From positions 25,375,365-25,439,364 of the forward strand of contig NC_092678.1 in the NCBI RefSeq assembly GCF_964355755.1: 64,000 bases of DNA. Reading direction: 5' to 3'. Shown one piece after another: positions 1 to 12,600 of the stretch. The notes beneath the pieces are model-generated. The model made no database searches. It was not told the origin of the DNA and saw nothing but the letters and a program-made list of their open reading frames with translations. The first letter of the stretch is position 1. Each line of letters opens with the position of its first letter. Made by a program: the position numbers and the translations under genes. Origin of the DNA: Antedon mediterranea (taxonomy: Eukaryota > Animalia > Echinodermata).

Positions 1-1055
1 ACTAGATGGTAGTGACTCTTTAAACCATTGCTTTGACTGTCTTTTAATTTGCGTACAAAGTGTTTTCGATTTGCGCCAAGCTAGGCTGAGGTAGGACCTA
101 CAGTTGCGTGAGCTGTGTTGTCATCTGAGAAGGTTTCATTTGCTGAATAAAATATGAAATAATATAAAAAAAACAGCAACATGGGATAATTTAGGGGAAA
201 TCCCCACAGTAATTGAATGTAGCCTTGTGTGTTGATTAGAACCAGGGGTTCTTATACTTAGATAGTTAGATTCTAGTGTACTTAAATGTTAATACGGTTG
301 TGCATTAAAATTTAACTGCCTTTATTATTTAATTTAAACAAAATGTGCATTTCTACTGTAATGCACATTTTATTTGTCTGTCCCAGACAGTCATAATAGG
401 TTAGTATTCATGTACAGTACTTTACAGTACAGTGTCTGTATTATTACTGTCTATTGTAATAATATACAGTCATTGTATGATGCTCATCCCTTTAACACTG
501 TATGTCTGGGGCCCATTGTACTGTACAGTGGTGTGTTCTGAAGTTTGAGCATTCAGTCACTACTAATACTATATCTTCCATGCCTCACAATCAATATTAG
601 TGGGAGTTTTTTTATTCATTTCATTAATTTTTAATTAATAATAATAATGGAAATTTGTAAAGCATCCGTCTAAAAAAAGACGCTCACTGTGACAAATTAT
701 ATTCAATTTAAAAATTTATAAAAATAAGGGAATATGTGTATAAAAAGAAAACAGTCTGGAACAACACTGACTTTCAATTTTCAAAAACACAACCCTGGAA
801 ATGATCACACCCTGGGATTTTATCTTGTGATTTTATAATAATTCTTTTCAGTTAAGTACAGTACTGTAATTACAATGCAGTTACTAAAACATACATTGCT
901 CTTTTATACCAATTTCTGTTGATTGTTCAGCACTTAGTGGCCTGCATTTTGCGCTATTAAATTGAACATTACTGTATTATATTTAAATATTTTTTGAGAA
1001 GCTCATTTTAAAGATGATTCTTCAGTTGTGCTTCTGTACATCAATCCACATACTG

Positions 1056-1747
1056 TACTTACTGTATACAGTTAAGTACCCTTACTTACAGTATACAGTT
1101 AAGTACCCTTACTTACAGTATACAGTTAAGTACCCTTACTTACTGTATACAGTTAAGTACCCTTACTTACTGTATACAGTTAAGTACCCTTACTTACTAT
1201 ATACAGTTAAGTACCCTTACTTACTATATACAGTTAAGTACCCTTACTTACTGTATACAATTAAGTACCCTTACTTACTGTATACAATTAAGTACCCTTA
1301 CTTACTGTATACAGTTAAGTACCCTTACTTACAGTATACAGTTAAGTACCCTTACTTACTGTATACAGTTAAGTACCCTTACTTACTGTATACAGTTAAG
1401 TACCCTTACTTACTGTATACAGTTAAGTACCCTTACTTACTATATACAGTTAAGTACCCTTACTTACTGTATACAATTAAGTACCCTTACTTACTGTATA
1501 CAATTAAGTACCCTTACTTACTGTATACAGTTAAGTACCCTTACTTACAGTATACAGTTAAGTACCCTTACTTACTGTATACAGTTAAGTACCCTTACTT
1601 ACTGTATACAGTTAAGTACCCTTACTTACTATATACAGTTAAGTACCCTTACTTACTGTATACAATTAAGTACCCTTACTTACTGTATACAATTAAGTAC
1701 CCTTACTTACTGTATACAGTTAAGTACCCTTACTTACAGTATACAGT
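1056..1747. repeat. 27-bp minisatellite, ~25 copies
   Basis: Unit TACAGTTAAGTACCCTTACTTACTGTA; explains ORF 1014-1766. Confidence 0.95.
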
Positions 1748-2822
1748 ATTAATAGCAGTATTCTGATATTCCTTGGTTCCCAAGGTGTTTAAAATGTTTA
1801 CAACTGTTGTCATAATTGTTCTGAATATTTTCTTGTTTGTGTTTTTTTGCAAGCTGAGCTCACAATTGAGGAAGTATTTATATTTCATGCAACAGACATT
1901 AAATTAACATGGAAAAGATTCATTAGGAGTGATGTGACGTTGCTTCCTCTTGATAACTTAGTTTGATCTTCCCTGCTCTGCTCAGTTGTCACATGACTCT
2001 GTTCCACAACTCAAAAACAACATCTGCTTAAATATCAAGCTGTTTTAAAAATGTTATCAAATACAATTTTAAATGTCTGTCTATTGTAGGTTTTTTTTTT
2101 AATTTTAAAGTTTTCAATACAGATTTATATTGTAACATTTACTAGTACTGTAGTTAGTGTTTTTTTAAGCGTCTTTCTAAAAAAAACTACAATAGAATTT
2201 TTCTAAATTCACAATACAGATTTATATTGTAACATTTTTACTTACAGCACTGTTGTAGTAGTGTTTTTATTGTTGTTTTTTTACATTAGACTATAAACTG
2301 ATTAAGTAGATGTATGTAGTGTTTTTCTCCAAAATTACATCAAATTCAGTGCAAGGAAACACACTAAGAGTTTGTATCCTGTTCTGTGTTGGGATTGACA
2401 CATTATTTTTTTCCCAAATGCAATTTTTTGAAGTTTAAAAGGATGATGTATTTATTTTCTAGGCATATGTTTAAAATTATAATGTCACACAATTTTCAAA
2501 AACTTGGCTTGCTTCAACAAAAAAATGTGTACAATCTTTATTCATTAATCATCCATAATAATAATAATATTTTGTTTGAAGGTTTGCAAGGGGAAATCAA
2601 TTGTAGATATGAAGTTTGTGGTGCACTACGTATCTTATTTCTGAAAAGAACTGTTGAGTTTCTCGACGTTTGATCAATATATATAATAATTTATTTATTT
2701 TTTAGAACTAATAATAGTAATACGTGGTGTACCGCAAACTTTATATCAACAATAATAATGTTTTTTAAATGATTACAGTTGTGTTTTACTTGGATTGTCT
2801 TCAGTGTATAATTAAGTGACAT

Positions 2823-3432
2823 ATTCATTATTGCCATTGATTATTGAGTGCCATTGATTATTGAGTGCCATTCATTATTGCCATTGATTATAGAGTGCCA
2901 TTCATTATTGAGTGCCATTCATTATTGCCATTGATTATAGAGTGCCATTCATTATTGAGTGCCATTCATTATTGCCATTGATTATAGAGTGCCATTCATT
3001 ATTGAGTGCCATTCATTATTGCCATTGATTATAGAGTGCCATTCATTATTGAGTGCCATTCATTATTGAGTGCCATTCATTATTGCCATTCATTATAGAG
3101 TGCCATTCATTATTGAGTGCCATTCATTATAGAGTGCCATTCATTATTGAGTGCCATTCATTATAGAGTGCCATTCATTATTGCCATTGATTATTGAGTG
3201 CCATTGATTATTAAGTGACATATTCATTATTGAGTGCCATTCATTATTGAGTGCCATTGATTATTGAGTGCCATTCATTATTGAGTGCCATTGATTATTG
3301 AGTGCCATTGATTATTAAGTGACATATTCATTATTGAGTGCCATTCATTATTGAGTGCCATTGATTATTGAGTGCCATTCATTATTGAGTGCCATTGATT
3401 ATTGAGTGCCATTCATTATTGAGTGCCATTGA
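2823..3432. repeat. Compound 17/12-bp minisatellite
   Basis: GCCATTSATTATWGAGT units interspersed with the shorter GCCATTCATTATT variant. Confidence 0.9.
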
Positions 3433-3602
3433 TAAAATAAAACATTTTAAAAATGTTTACAGTTGTTTTACTTGGTTGTTTTTACTGTTCTGTGTGTCAT
3501 TGATTGACATATTGATTTAAATTGATTATAGATTACCGGTATTAAATGTCATTGATAACTTGTTTCTAACTTTTTAACAAGGTATTTATTTGTTTATTTC
3601 AG

Positions 3603-6600
3603 CTGTACTACAGATCTGTGCTAACAAGGATCGTCTGGTAATTTTTATTTTGAATAATAATTTGACGAGCTTTCCTTTTGGGGATGGTAGACGTCCTAGA
3701 TTGTAATTTAACAGACCGTAACGACTCGTGTAACGTGGACAAAACACGTTCCATTTGTCATGATTTTTTAACTTACCGTCTTCTTCGTCTACAGTACGAA
3801 AGCGTGCTATTATTATTGCAACTCCAAATATTTGGGTGATTTGACAAATTAAATGATTGATTATGAATTAATTAGTCTTCTTTCAAGAGGGTATACAGTG
3901 TTCTGTAGCCCATCATTCATAACACTGCTTTTCACTTGGGAATTAGCACACAAAAAAAAAACTTAATTTGTTTGATTTGGCAAATAATTTGTATCAAGAA
4001 GGTATACTGTTGCCCATCATTGATAACACTGCCTTTCACTAGAATCATTAACACACAAAATAAACTTTAACATTTGTTTGATTTCGCAAATAAAAATATT
4101 GATGACCTTATTCATTTTGAAATGTCTTTCACATTTTGCTTTATGATAAATGTTTGGCAATAATATTAATGATTAAATTCACTTAACTATGTTTGTTTGT
4201 AAGATTATTCCCAACTGAACCTGTTGATACAGTTCCCATCCCAAATTTCCGTATCAAAGGTCAATTCTGAATTTATTCCGGTGGGAAAAGATAAGTTTGA
4301 AGGGAAAAATTAAGAGTCCTTGATATGCAAGTGTAAGGAGCTATAGATACAGTTAATATTATCTTGATCTTTGATCGATTGAAACGAAAGTGATTAATAA
4401 AAACCAGTAATATTCCCAATTTAATAACGCTCACTCAACCATATCCTTCCTTTTCTGTAATGTTCTTGGTTTCCAATGCGAAAAAAAAGTTGGTAAAATG
4501 ATAAAATGTACATTAGCAGCGGCAGACTGCATTAGACTGTAAACTCATAAAATAATATTGAGTTGTAACTCATAGATATGAACATATTATATTATGTTTA
4601 GTCTGTTTAGAAGTCATGTGAAATGTTATCATTGCCTATGTGAAATGTTATCATTGCCTAATATGTTAAATGTTAACTTTGCCTATGTTAAATGTTAACA
4701 TTAATGATACTTGCAATTTCTTTACTGTTTTTAAACCATAAGAAAATGTTAAAATATTACAAAAAGATGTAATGTATCATTGGAAATTTTGGGGGGATTT
4801 TTTATATTTTAAATATATGTAATTATTTTATTTGTTTTGACAGTGTGGCTTAAAAGGGAATCACATTGTGACAATGGTAGAAATACTGTATAAAGCATTG
4901 GGAAATGTGGCAGGTATGTAGGGCGTTCGTTGAATAATATCAATTTGCATACAGGTGTTGAAAATTATTAAAGAAGGTCCTGAGCACTGTACTTCAGTGT
5001 GACTGATTAAAAATATTGTCGTCAAAATGTCATTTTTAGGTGATAATTTGTTTATTTTTTGTGTTTTTTCCATGATTAGGTGATTATTACTGTGGCAGTG
5101 GGACAGGAGAGTTCTCTCTTCAATCCAACATGTCGTTACCTGAAGCTAGAAAATTCTTAAAAACTGAGATTTCGGTAAGTAAATTTTGAAATGATTTTTA
5201 ACGTTTAAATGCCATCTTGCGCCAACACATCGTCTCCACTTGTGCTTATAGTGCGCCACCTAGCGTCCCAGCAAGGCCGACTGCTTTAGTTCACTCGAGT
5301 GTTGTTGTGTTAGTATTTCAAATGGTTATTGTTTATAATCATCATAAGATAGTAGCGTCTTTATTGCTGTTGTGTCACATCAAGAATTGTGTTTGATTAC
5401 TGTATCTGATAATTTAAAAAAGGTTACCATAAGTTACAGTACAAATTAAACCATAGAAGTACACTAGGTACTCTGTAAAAATGTTTAAATGGAAGTCCGA
5501 GTAGACTATATACTACTACTAGTAGTAGTACAGTATATACAGTAGATTAGTATAATATAGATACAATACAGATTATCTATAGACTACTACTACGTAGTAG
5601 TAGTAGTAGTCTATAGATTAGTAATATAGATAGAATACAGATTACTACACTGTAGTATAGGGTAAAATGTGAGGGGACTAATTAAGGACCAGACAATTCA
5701 TGAGACAGTCTGCTGCCACTTCTTTTATCTTGACTACAATTAGGAAGTTGTTAAAATGATTTCCTTTTCAATGACAGTCATGCATATCATTTCATTTTGT
5801 ATCCAATGATTTAATACTTTTAATAAACATTACCTCCTTCTGTGGGGTTTTTTGTCAGACACTATAGTTTAATGTTTTCCTAGTACCATAAGCTATTAAT
5901 AAATATTTTAACTGTTTTCGTGTAAACTTTCAGACTATTATAATAAGTTGTCACATTTACGTGCAAAAATAACTTTGAATGAACTTGTAAATGTTGTCTT
6001 TCCTGATCAAATTGCGACTTATTGGAAGAAAAGACAGTGTAATGCTTTAGAAGCCACTCTTGTTCTTCATACTTGTTAACATGTGGTTTTGTTTTGCTTT
6101 TTAGAAAACTTTAAAAGAAGACCAATCAGTGTTTGATACTTTGCAGCACTTTGAAGACATGCTGAAGAGCTTAATTGAACACCCTGAATGGGGTCTAAGG
6201 TCAGATTAATTGAACACCCTGAATGGGGTCTAAGGTCAGATTAATTGAACACCCTGAATGGGGTCTAAGGTCAGATTAATTGAACACCCTGAATGGGGTC
6301 TAAGGTCAGATTAATTGAACACCCTGAATGGGGTCTAAGGTCAGATTAATTGAACACCCTGAATGGGGTCTAAGGTCAGATTAATTGAACACCCTGAATG
6401 GGGTCTAAGGTCAGATTAATTGAACACCCTGAATGGGGTCTAAGGTCAGATTAATTGAACACCCTGAATGGGGTCTAAGGTCAGATTAATTGAACACCCT
6501 GAGTGGGGTCTAAGGTCAGATTAATTGAACACCCTGAATGGGGTCTAAGGTCAGATTATGACAGCAAACAATTACCACCCGAGAATTACTTAGTATAAAT

Positions 6601-9600
6601 TACATCAAAGTACGGCAAAACATCTGACCAATTACTCAACACCCTGACGCAAGCTACTCCACAGTAGTAATTACAATTACTCAACACCCTGACGCAAGCT
6701 ACTCCACAGTAGTAATTACAATTACTCAACACCCTGACGCAAGCTACTCCACAGTAGTAATTACAATTACTCAACACCCTGACGCAAGCTACTCCATAGT
6801 AGTAATTACAATTACTCAACACCCTGACGCAAGCTACTCCACAGTAGTAATTACAATTACTCAACACCCTGACGCAAGCTACTCCACAGTAGTAATTACA
6901 CTTACTCAACACCCTGACGCAAGCTACTCCACAGTAGTAATTACAATTCAATTACTAATTCTATAATTGGTTATGCTAAATTTATATTGTAGGTTCTCTC
7001 AAAATCTCATACTTGTTGTCACATTTATTGTCAAAATGTCCGTTAAGACACCAACAGAACTTCTAAATAACTAAGATAAGATAATACGATTTATAAAGCA
7101 CACATATCCACAAAGTGTTCAAGGTGCTTGTAAAAACCATGAAAAATACTAACTATATCCGGAAAGAAGGATTTATATTATTTTAGTATAAAATAAACCA
7201 AATATTAAAGTATATTTTACAAACCCTTAATTGCAGATCCTATGATAGCAACGGACCAGTGAACCACGTTACCAAGACGTTCATGATGGAAGAAGTTAAA
7301 TGGTTGAAATCATCGCATCCCATCATGCCCCTCAAGTGCCGTGTTTCACGTTCCATTTCTTATGTATTCGTGCGTTTATTCTTTCTCGGTTCAGGTGCGT
7401 TATGTTACCATTGTCTAAAGTTTTGTGAGGACATGTGGCAGGATTGTCAATGTATTTTGACCGAAACATGTAGATTTACTCAGTTTTTTCAAGCTAATAC
7501 ATTGTTTTACTTCATATATTTTAATGTGTCCTCACAATGCTGACATTTTACAGTCCCAGGATGCTTTGCACCCATAAAGCATTGTATTTATCAGTTTCCC
7601 CAGGTCATGATATAATACTGTGTACTTTTCTAACATTCAAAGTTTTTTTTTAAGTTTCAGTTTATGTCATTTATGTGTATGCTGCCCTCTGTTGTTCAAA
7701 TAATCATAAACTTTTACCATTAATCATTGATTAAAAACTAATCTTGATTACAACATGGACACAATATTGTTGTGGTTCAGTTACTTACCCTCGGACACAG
7801 TTATCACTAACTGTGCGGTTAGGGGGGGATGGGGCGGAGGAAGAATTAATTACCCAGGTAACTAACTACAGACCCAATGTTGTTATATCTTAGTAAGCTT
7901 TTAATATTTCTTTTATAACTGCTTTGTGTTTATAGTTGTATTCATTGTGTGGGGTGTTTACATATTCATCAAACGCAGACAAGTGAGAGAGGAGGAAGAA
8001 CTGGGCCAAATGTATCAACTGGTAGATAGAATTATAGGTAAGAAGACATGATATCAAATGTATCAACTGGTAGATAGAATTATAGGTAAGAAGACATGAT
8101 ACCAAATGTATCAACTGGTAGATAGAATTATAGGTAAGAAGACATGATATCAAATGTATCAACTGGTAGATAGAATTATAGGTAAGAAGACATGATATCA
8201 AATGTATCAACTGGTAGATAGAATTATAGGTAAGAAGACATGATATCAAATGTATCAACTGGTAGATAGAATTATAGGTAACAAGACATGATACCAAATG
8301 TATCAACTGGTAGATAGAATTATAGGTAAGAAGACATGATATCAAATGTATCAACTGGTAGATAGAATTATAGGTAAGAAGACATGATATCAAATGTATC
8401 AACTGGTAGATAGAATTATAGGTAACAAGACATGATATCAAATGTATCAACTGGTAGATAGAATTATAGGTAAGAAGACATGATACCAAATGTATCAACT
8501 GGTAGATAGAATTATAGGTAAGAAGACATGATATCAAATGTATCAACTGGTAGATAGAATTATAGGTAAGAAGACATGATATCAAATGTATCAACTGGTA
8601 GATAGAATTATAGGTAAGAAGACATGATATGAAATGTATCAACTTGTAGATAGAATTATAGGTAAGAAGACATGATATCAAATGTATCAACTGATAGATA
8701 GAATTATAGGTAAGAAGACATGATATCAAATGTATCAACTGATAGATAGAATTATAGGTAAGAAGACATGATATCAAATTTATCAACTGGTAGATAGAAT
8801 TATAGGTAAGAAGACATGATATCAAATGTATCAACTGGTAGATAGAATTATAGGTAAGAAGACATGATATCAAATGTATCAACTGGTAGATAGAATTATA
8901 GGTAAGAAGACATGATATCAAATGTATCAACTGGTAGATAGAATTATAGGTAAGAAGACATGATATCAAATGTATCAACTGGTAGATAGAATTATAGGTA
9001 AGAAGACATGATATCAAATGTATCAACTGGTAGATAGAATTATAGGTAAGAAGACATGATACCAAATGTATCAACTGGTAGATAGAATTATAGGTAAGAA
9101 GACATGATATCAAATGTATCAACTGGTAGATAGAATTATAGGTAAGAAGACATGATATCAAATGTATCAACTGGTAGATAGAATTATAGGTAAGAAGACA
9201 TGATATGAAATGTATCAACTGGTAGATAGAATTATAGGTAAGAAGACATGATATCAAATGTATCAACTGATAGATAGAATTATAGGTAAGAAGACATGAT
9301 ATCAAATGTATCAACTGATAGATAGAATTATAGGTAAGAAGACATGATATCAAATGTATCAACTGGTAGATAGAATTATAGGTAACAAGACATGATATCA
9401 AATGTATCAACTGGTAGATAGAATTATAGGTAAGAAGACATGATACCAAATGTATCAACTGGTAGATAGAATTATAGGTAAGAAGACATGATATCAAATG
9501 TATCAACTGGTAGATAGAATTATAGGTAAGAAGACATGATATCAAATGTATCAACTGGTAGATAGAATTATAGGTAAGAAGACATGATATGAAATGTATC

Positions 9601-12600
9601 AACTGGTAGATAGAATTATAGGTAAGAAGACATGATATCAAATGTATCAACTGATAGATAGAATTATAGGTAAGAAGACATGATATCAAATGTATCAACT
9701 GATAGATAGAATTATAGGTAAGAAGACATGATATCAAATGTATCAACTGGTAGATAGAATTATAGGTAACAAGACATGATATCAAATGTATCAACTGGTA
9801 GATAGAATTATAGGTAAGAAGACATGATACCAAATGTATCAACTGGTAGATAGAATTATAGGTAAGAAGACATGATATCAAATGTATCAACTGGTAGATA
9901 GAATTATAGGTAAGAAGACATGATATCAAATGTATCAACTGGTAGATAGAATTATAGGTAAGAAGACATGATATCAAATGTATCAACTGGTAGATAGAAT
10001 TATAGGTAAGAAGACATGATATCAAATGTATCAACTGGTAGATAGAATTATAGGTAAGAAGACATGATATCAAATGTATCAACTGGTAGATAGAATTATA
10101 GGTAAGAAGACATGATATCAAATGTATCAACTGGTAGATAGAATTATAGGTAACAAGACATGATATCAAATGTATCAACTGGTAGATAGAATTATAGGTA
10201 AGAAGACATGATACCAAATGTATCAACTGGTAGATAGAATTATAGGTAAGAAGACATGATATCAAATGTATCAACTGGTAGATAGAATTATAGGTAAGAA
10301 GACATGATATCAAATGTATCAACTGGTAGATAGAATTATAGGTAAGAAGACATGATATCAAATGTATCAACTGGTAGATAGAATTATAGGTAAGAAGACA
10401 TGATATCAAATGTATCAACTGGTAGATAGAATTATAGGTAAGAAGACATGATATCAAATGTATCAACTGGTAGATAGAATTATAGGTAAGAAGACATGAT
10501 ATCAAATGTATCAACTGGTAGATAGAATTATAGGTAAGAAGACATGATATCAAATGTATCAACTGGTAGATAGAATTATAGGTAAGAAGACATGATACCA
10601 AATGTATCAACTGGTAGATAGGATTATAGGTAATAAGACATGATATCAAATGTATCAACTGGCAGATAGAATTATAGGTAAGAAGACATGATATCAAATG
10701 TATCAACTGGTAGATAGAATTATAGGTAAGAAGACATGATATCAAATGTATCAACTGATATATAGAATTATAGGTAACAAGACATGACAACATGCATGGG
10801 ATCATTATCAATGACATGAATGTAAACATTAATGTAATGAGTACCATAGAAAGAGTTGTAATGTTGATAAACACACATTAAGTCACCTTAAGGTCTTAAG
10901 CTCTGTCTACACTATCATTTGTATTTGTGACAAAAAGTGTGATGTGCCCATACAATATATGGACATATCACTTCCATATTTGGGCATATCATTTCCATAT
11001 TTGGGCACATCACATTTTGTTTGATAGTGTAGACAGAGCTTTTTGATAACCAAATTGAGTCACAGCCATATCTAAACCCATCCTTAATAAATTGGAATCT
11101 GTTGAACTACAGTATACTGTACAATTGGATGGTAAAGATATTTTCATGCATTTTGACAGCTGAACCAGTTTTAAAAAAGTACAAATAATTCGACTAATGA
11201 AACACTTATTCCAGTTGGTTACATTTTACAATGATGTCACTTCCAGGGATGTGAAGTTACCATGGTAACATGCATAAATTGGCTCCGTTCAAATTGGTCG
11301 AAATAAGAAGTGTAGCATGAACCCTGTGTGACTAATACAGTCTACATGTGCTCTATAATAATGGTTTTAATTGTAGATTTGCTGGCTAGCTTTAGCTGCT
11401 ATTAATAAAGTCTAGACAGGTAATTGTGCCAGTCATTAACTTGTGTGTGTTAACTATGTTTGTTTGGTCTAAGTTTTAGAGGAGTGGGACATAATTGAAT
11501 TTGGTGAACTTGCACTATAAAATAGACTTCCAATTTGAACTTTGGTGCTGCATAAATTGAGGACATTCATTTTGATTCACTTTAAGTGTATTCTGTGTCT
11601 TTTATGTGTAAACTGTCTTTGGGGTTGGACCAACCAACTCCACTACAGGGATTAAGTTCACTTAGGTTGACCCTGGTCTCCCCAATTTCATCATGTATAT
11701 AATATTGAAGTAGACCAAATAATAAAATGAATGAAATGAAAGGAAAAGTACATAAGGGTTGGGACACTCTTATTAATTAAAGAGACATTTTTTAGTCAAA
11801 CAAAAGCAATGTTTTTATTAGGGAGACACTTTGTGAGTCCCGAAAGGTGTCCCCTTAATAGAGAGTTCAATCTGCTTAATGTATGATCCTAATGTCCTTA
11901 AAATAACTTCTTATTTTTGTACAGAATTCTTACAAATCAACGGAGATAAATGTCAAGCTATACCACATGTCAGGGATCGTCTAATACCACCCTCAGAAAG
12001 GTACAAGAATCTAGCCCTGAATGTCTATAAACTAATCAATGTTTGAGCCCTACTTATGCATAATATTGTACGCATTGGTCAAAGTGATTGACCTTAATAT
12101 CATGACATTGATTATTTTGTAGCCCCGAATGTGTATAAACGAATGAATGTTTGAGCCCTAATTATGCATAATATTGTATGCAATGATCAATGTGATTGAC
12201 CTTAATATCATGAAATGTTATCATTTAACTGTCACACATTTTATGTTTCATCCAATATTTAATCACCATAAGTCTGCTTAGTTATTGTAATAAGATTTAC
12301 AGAAGTACTTAGTACTTATACTCCAATTACTGTAGTATGAACTTAACAACTTAGTATGCTACACATTCACTGTATTTATCAAACATTTAAATTTGTCCAT
12401 TTAGGAAATTGAGGCAGCGTGTTTGGGACAGAGCTGTCCGTTACATCAACTCCGAAGAATCGAGAGTTAGAGTAGAGACACAAAGCATTGTGGGAGAAGT
12501 TTTCTCTACATGGCGCTGGTTGCAACCGCAAACGACTGTTTCTTTTACACCAACAACTGAAACGGTAAGTTTAACAATTAACTCAATACAATGTTTTTTT

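Noticed and set aside
1014-1766. 250-aa YTVKYPYLL repeat ORF
   Set aside because: By-product of a 27-bp minisatellite; no splice or homology support.
6586-6951. Cys-rich repeat ORF (likewise 12736-13149, 32898-33131, 34012-34275)
   Set aside because: Translations of intronic minisatellites.
7890-10874. 994-aa minus-strand ORF of 16-aa repeats
   Set aside because: Antisense reading of the 48-bp array, whose unit derives from the plus-strand LEMD3 exon/donor; stop-free only because the unit is a multiple of 3.
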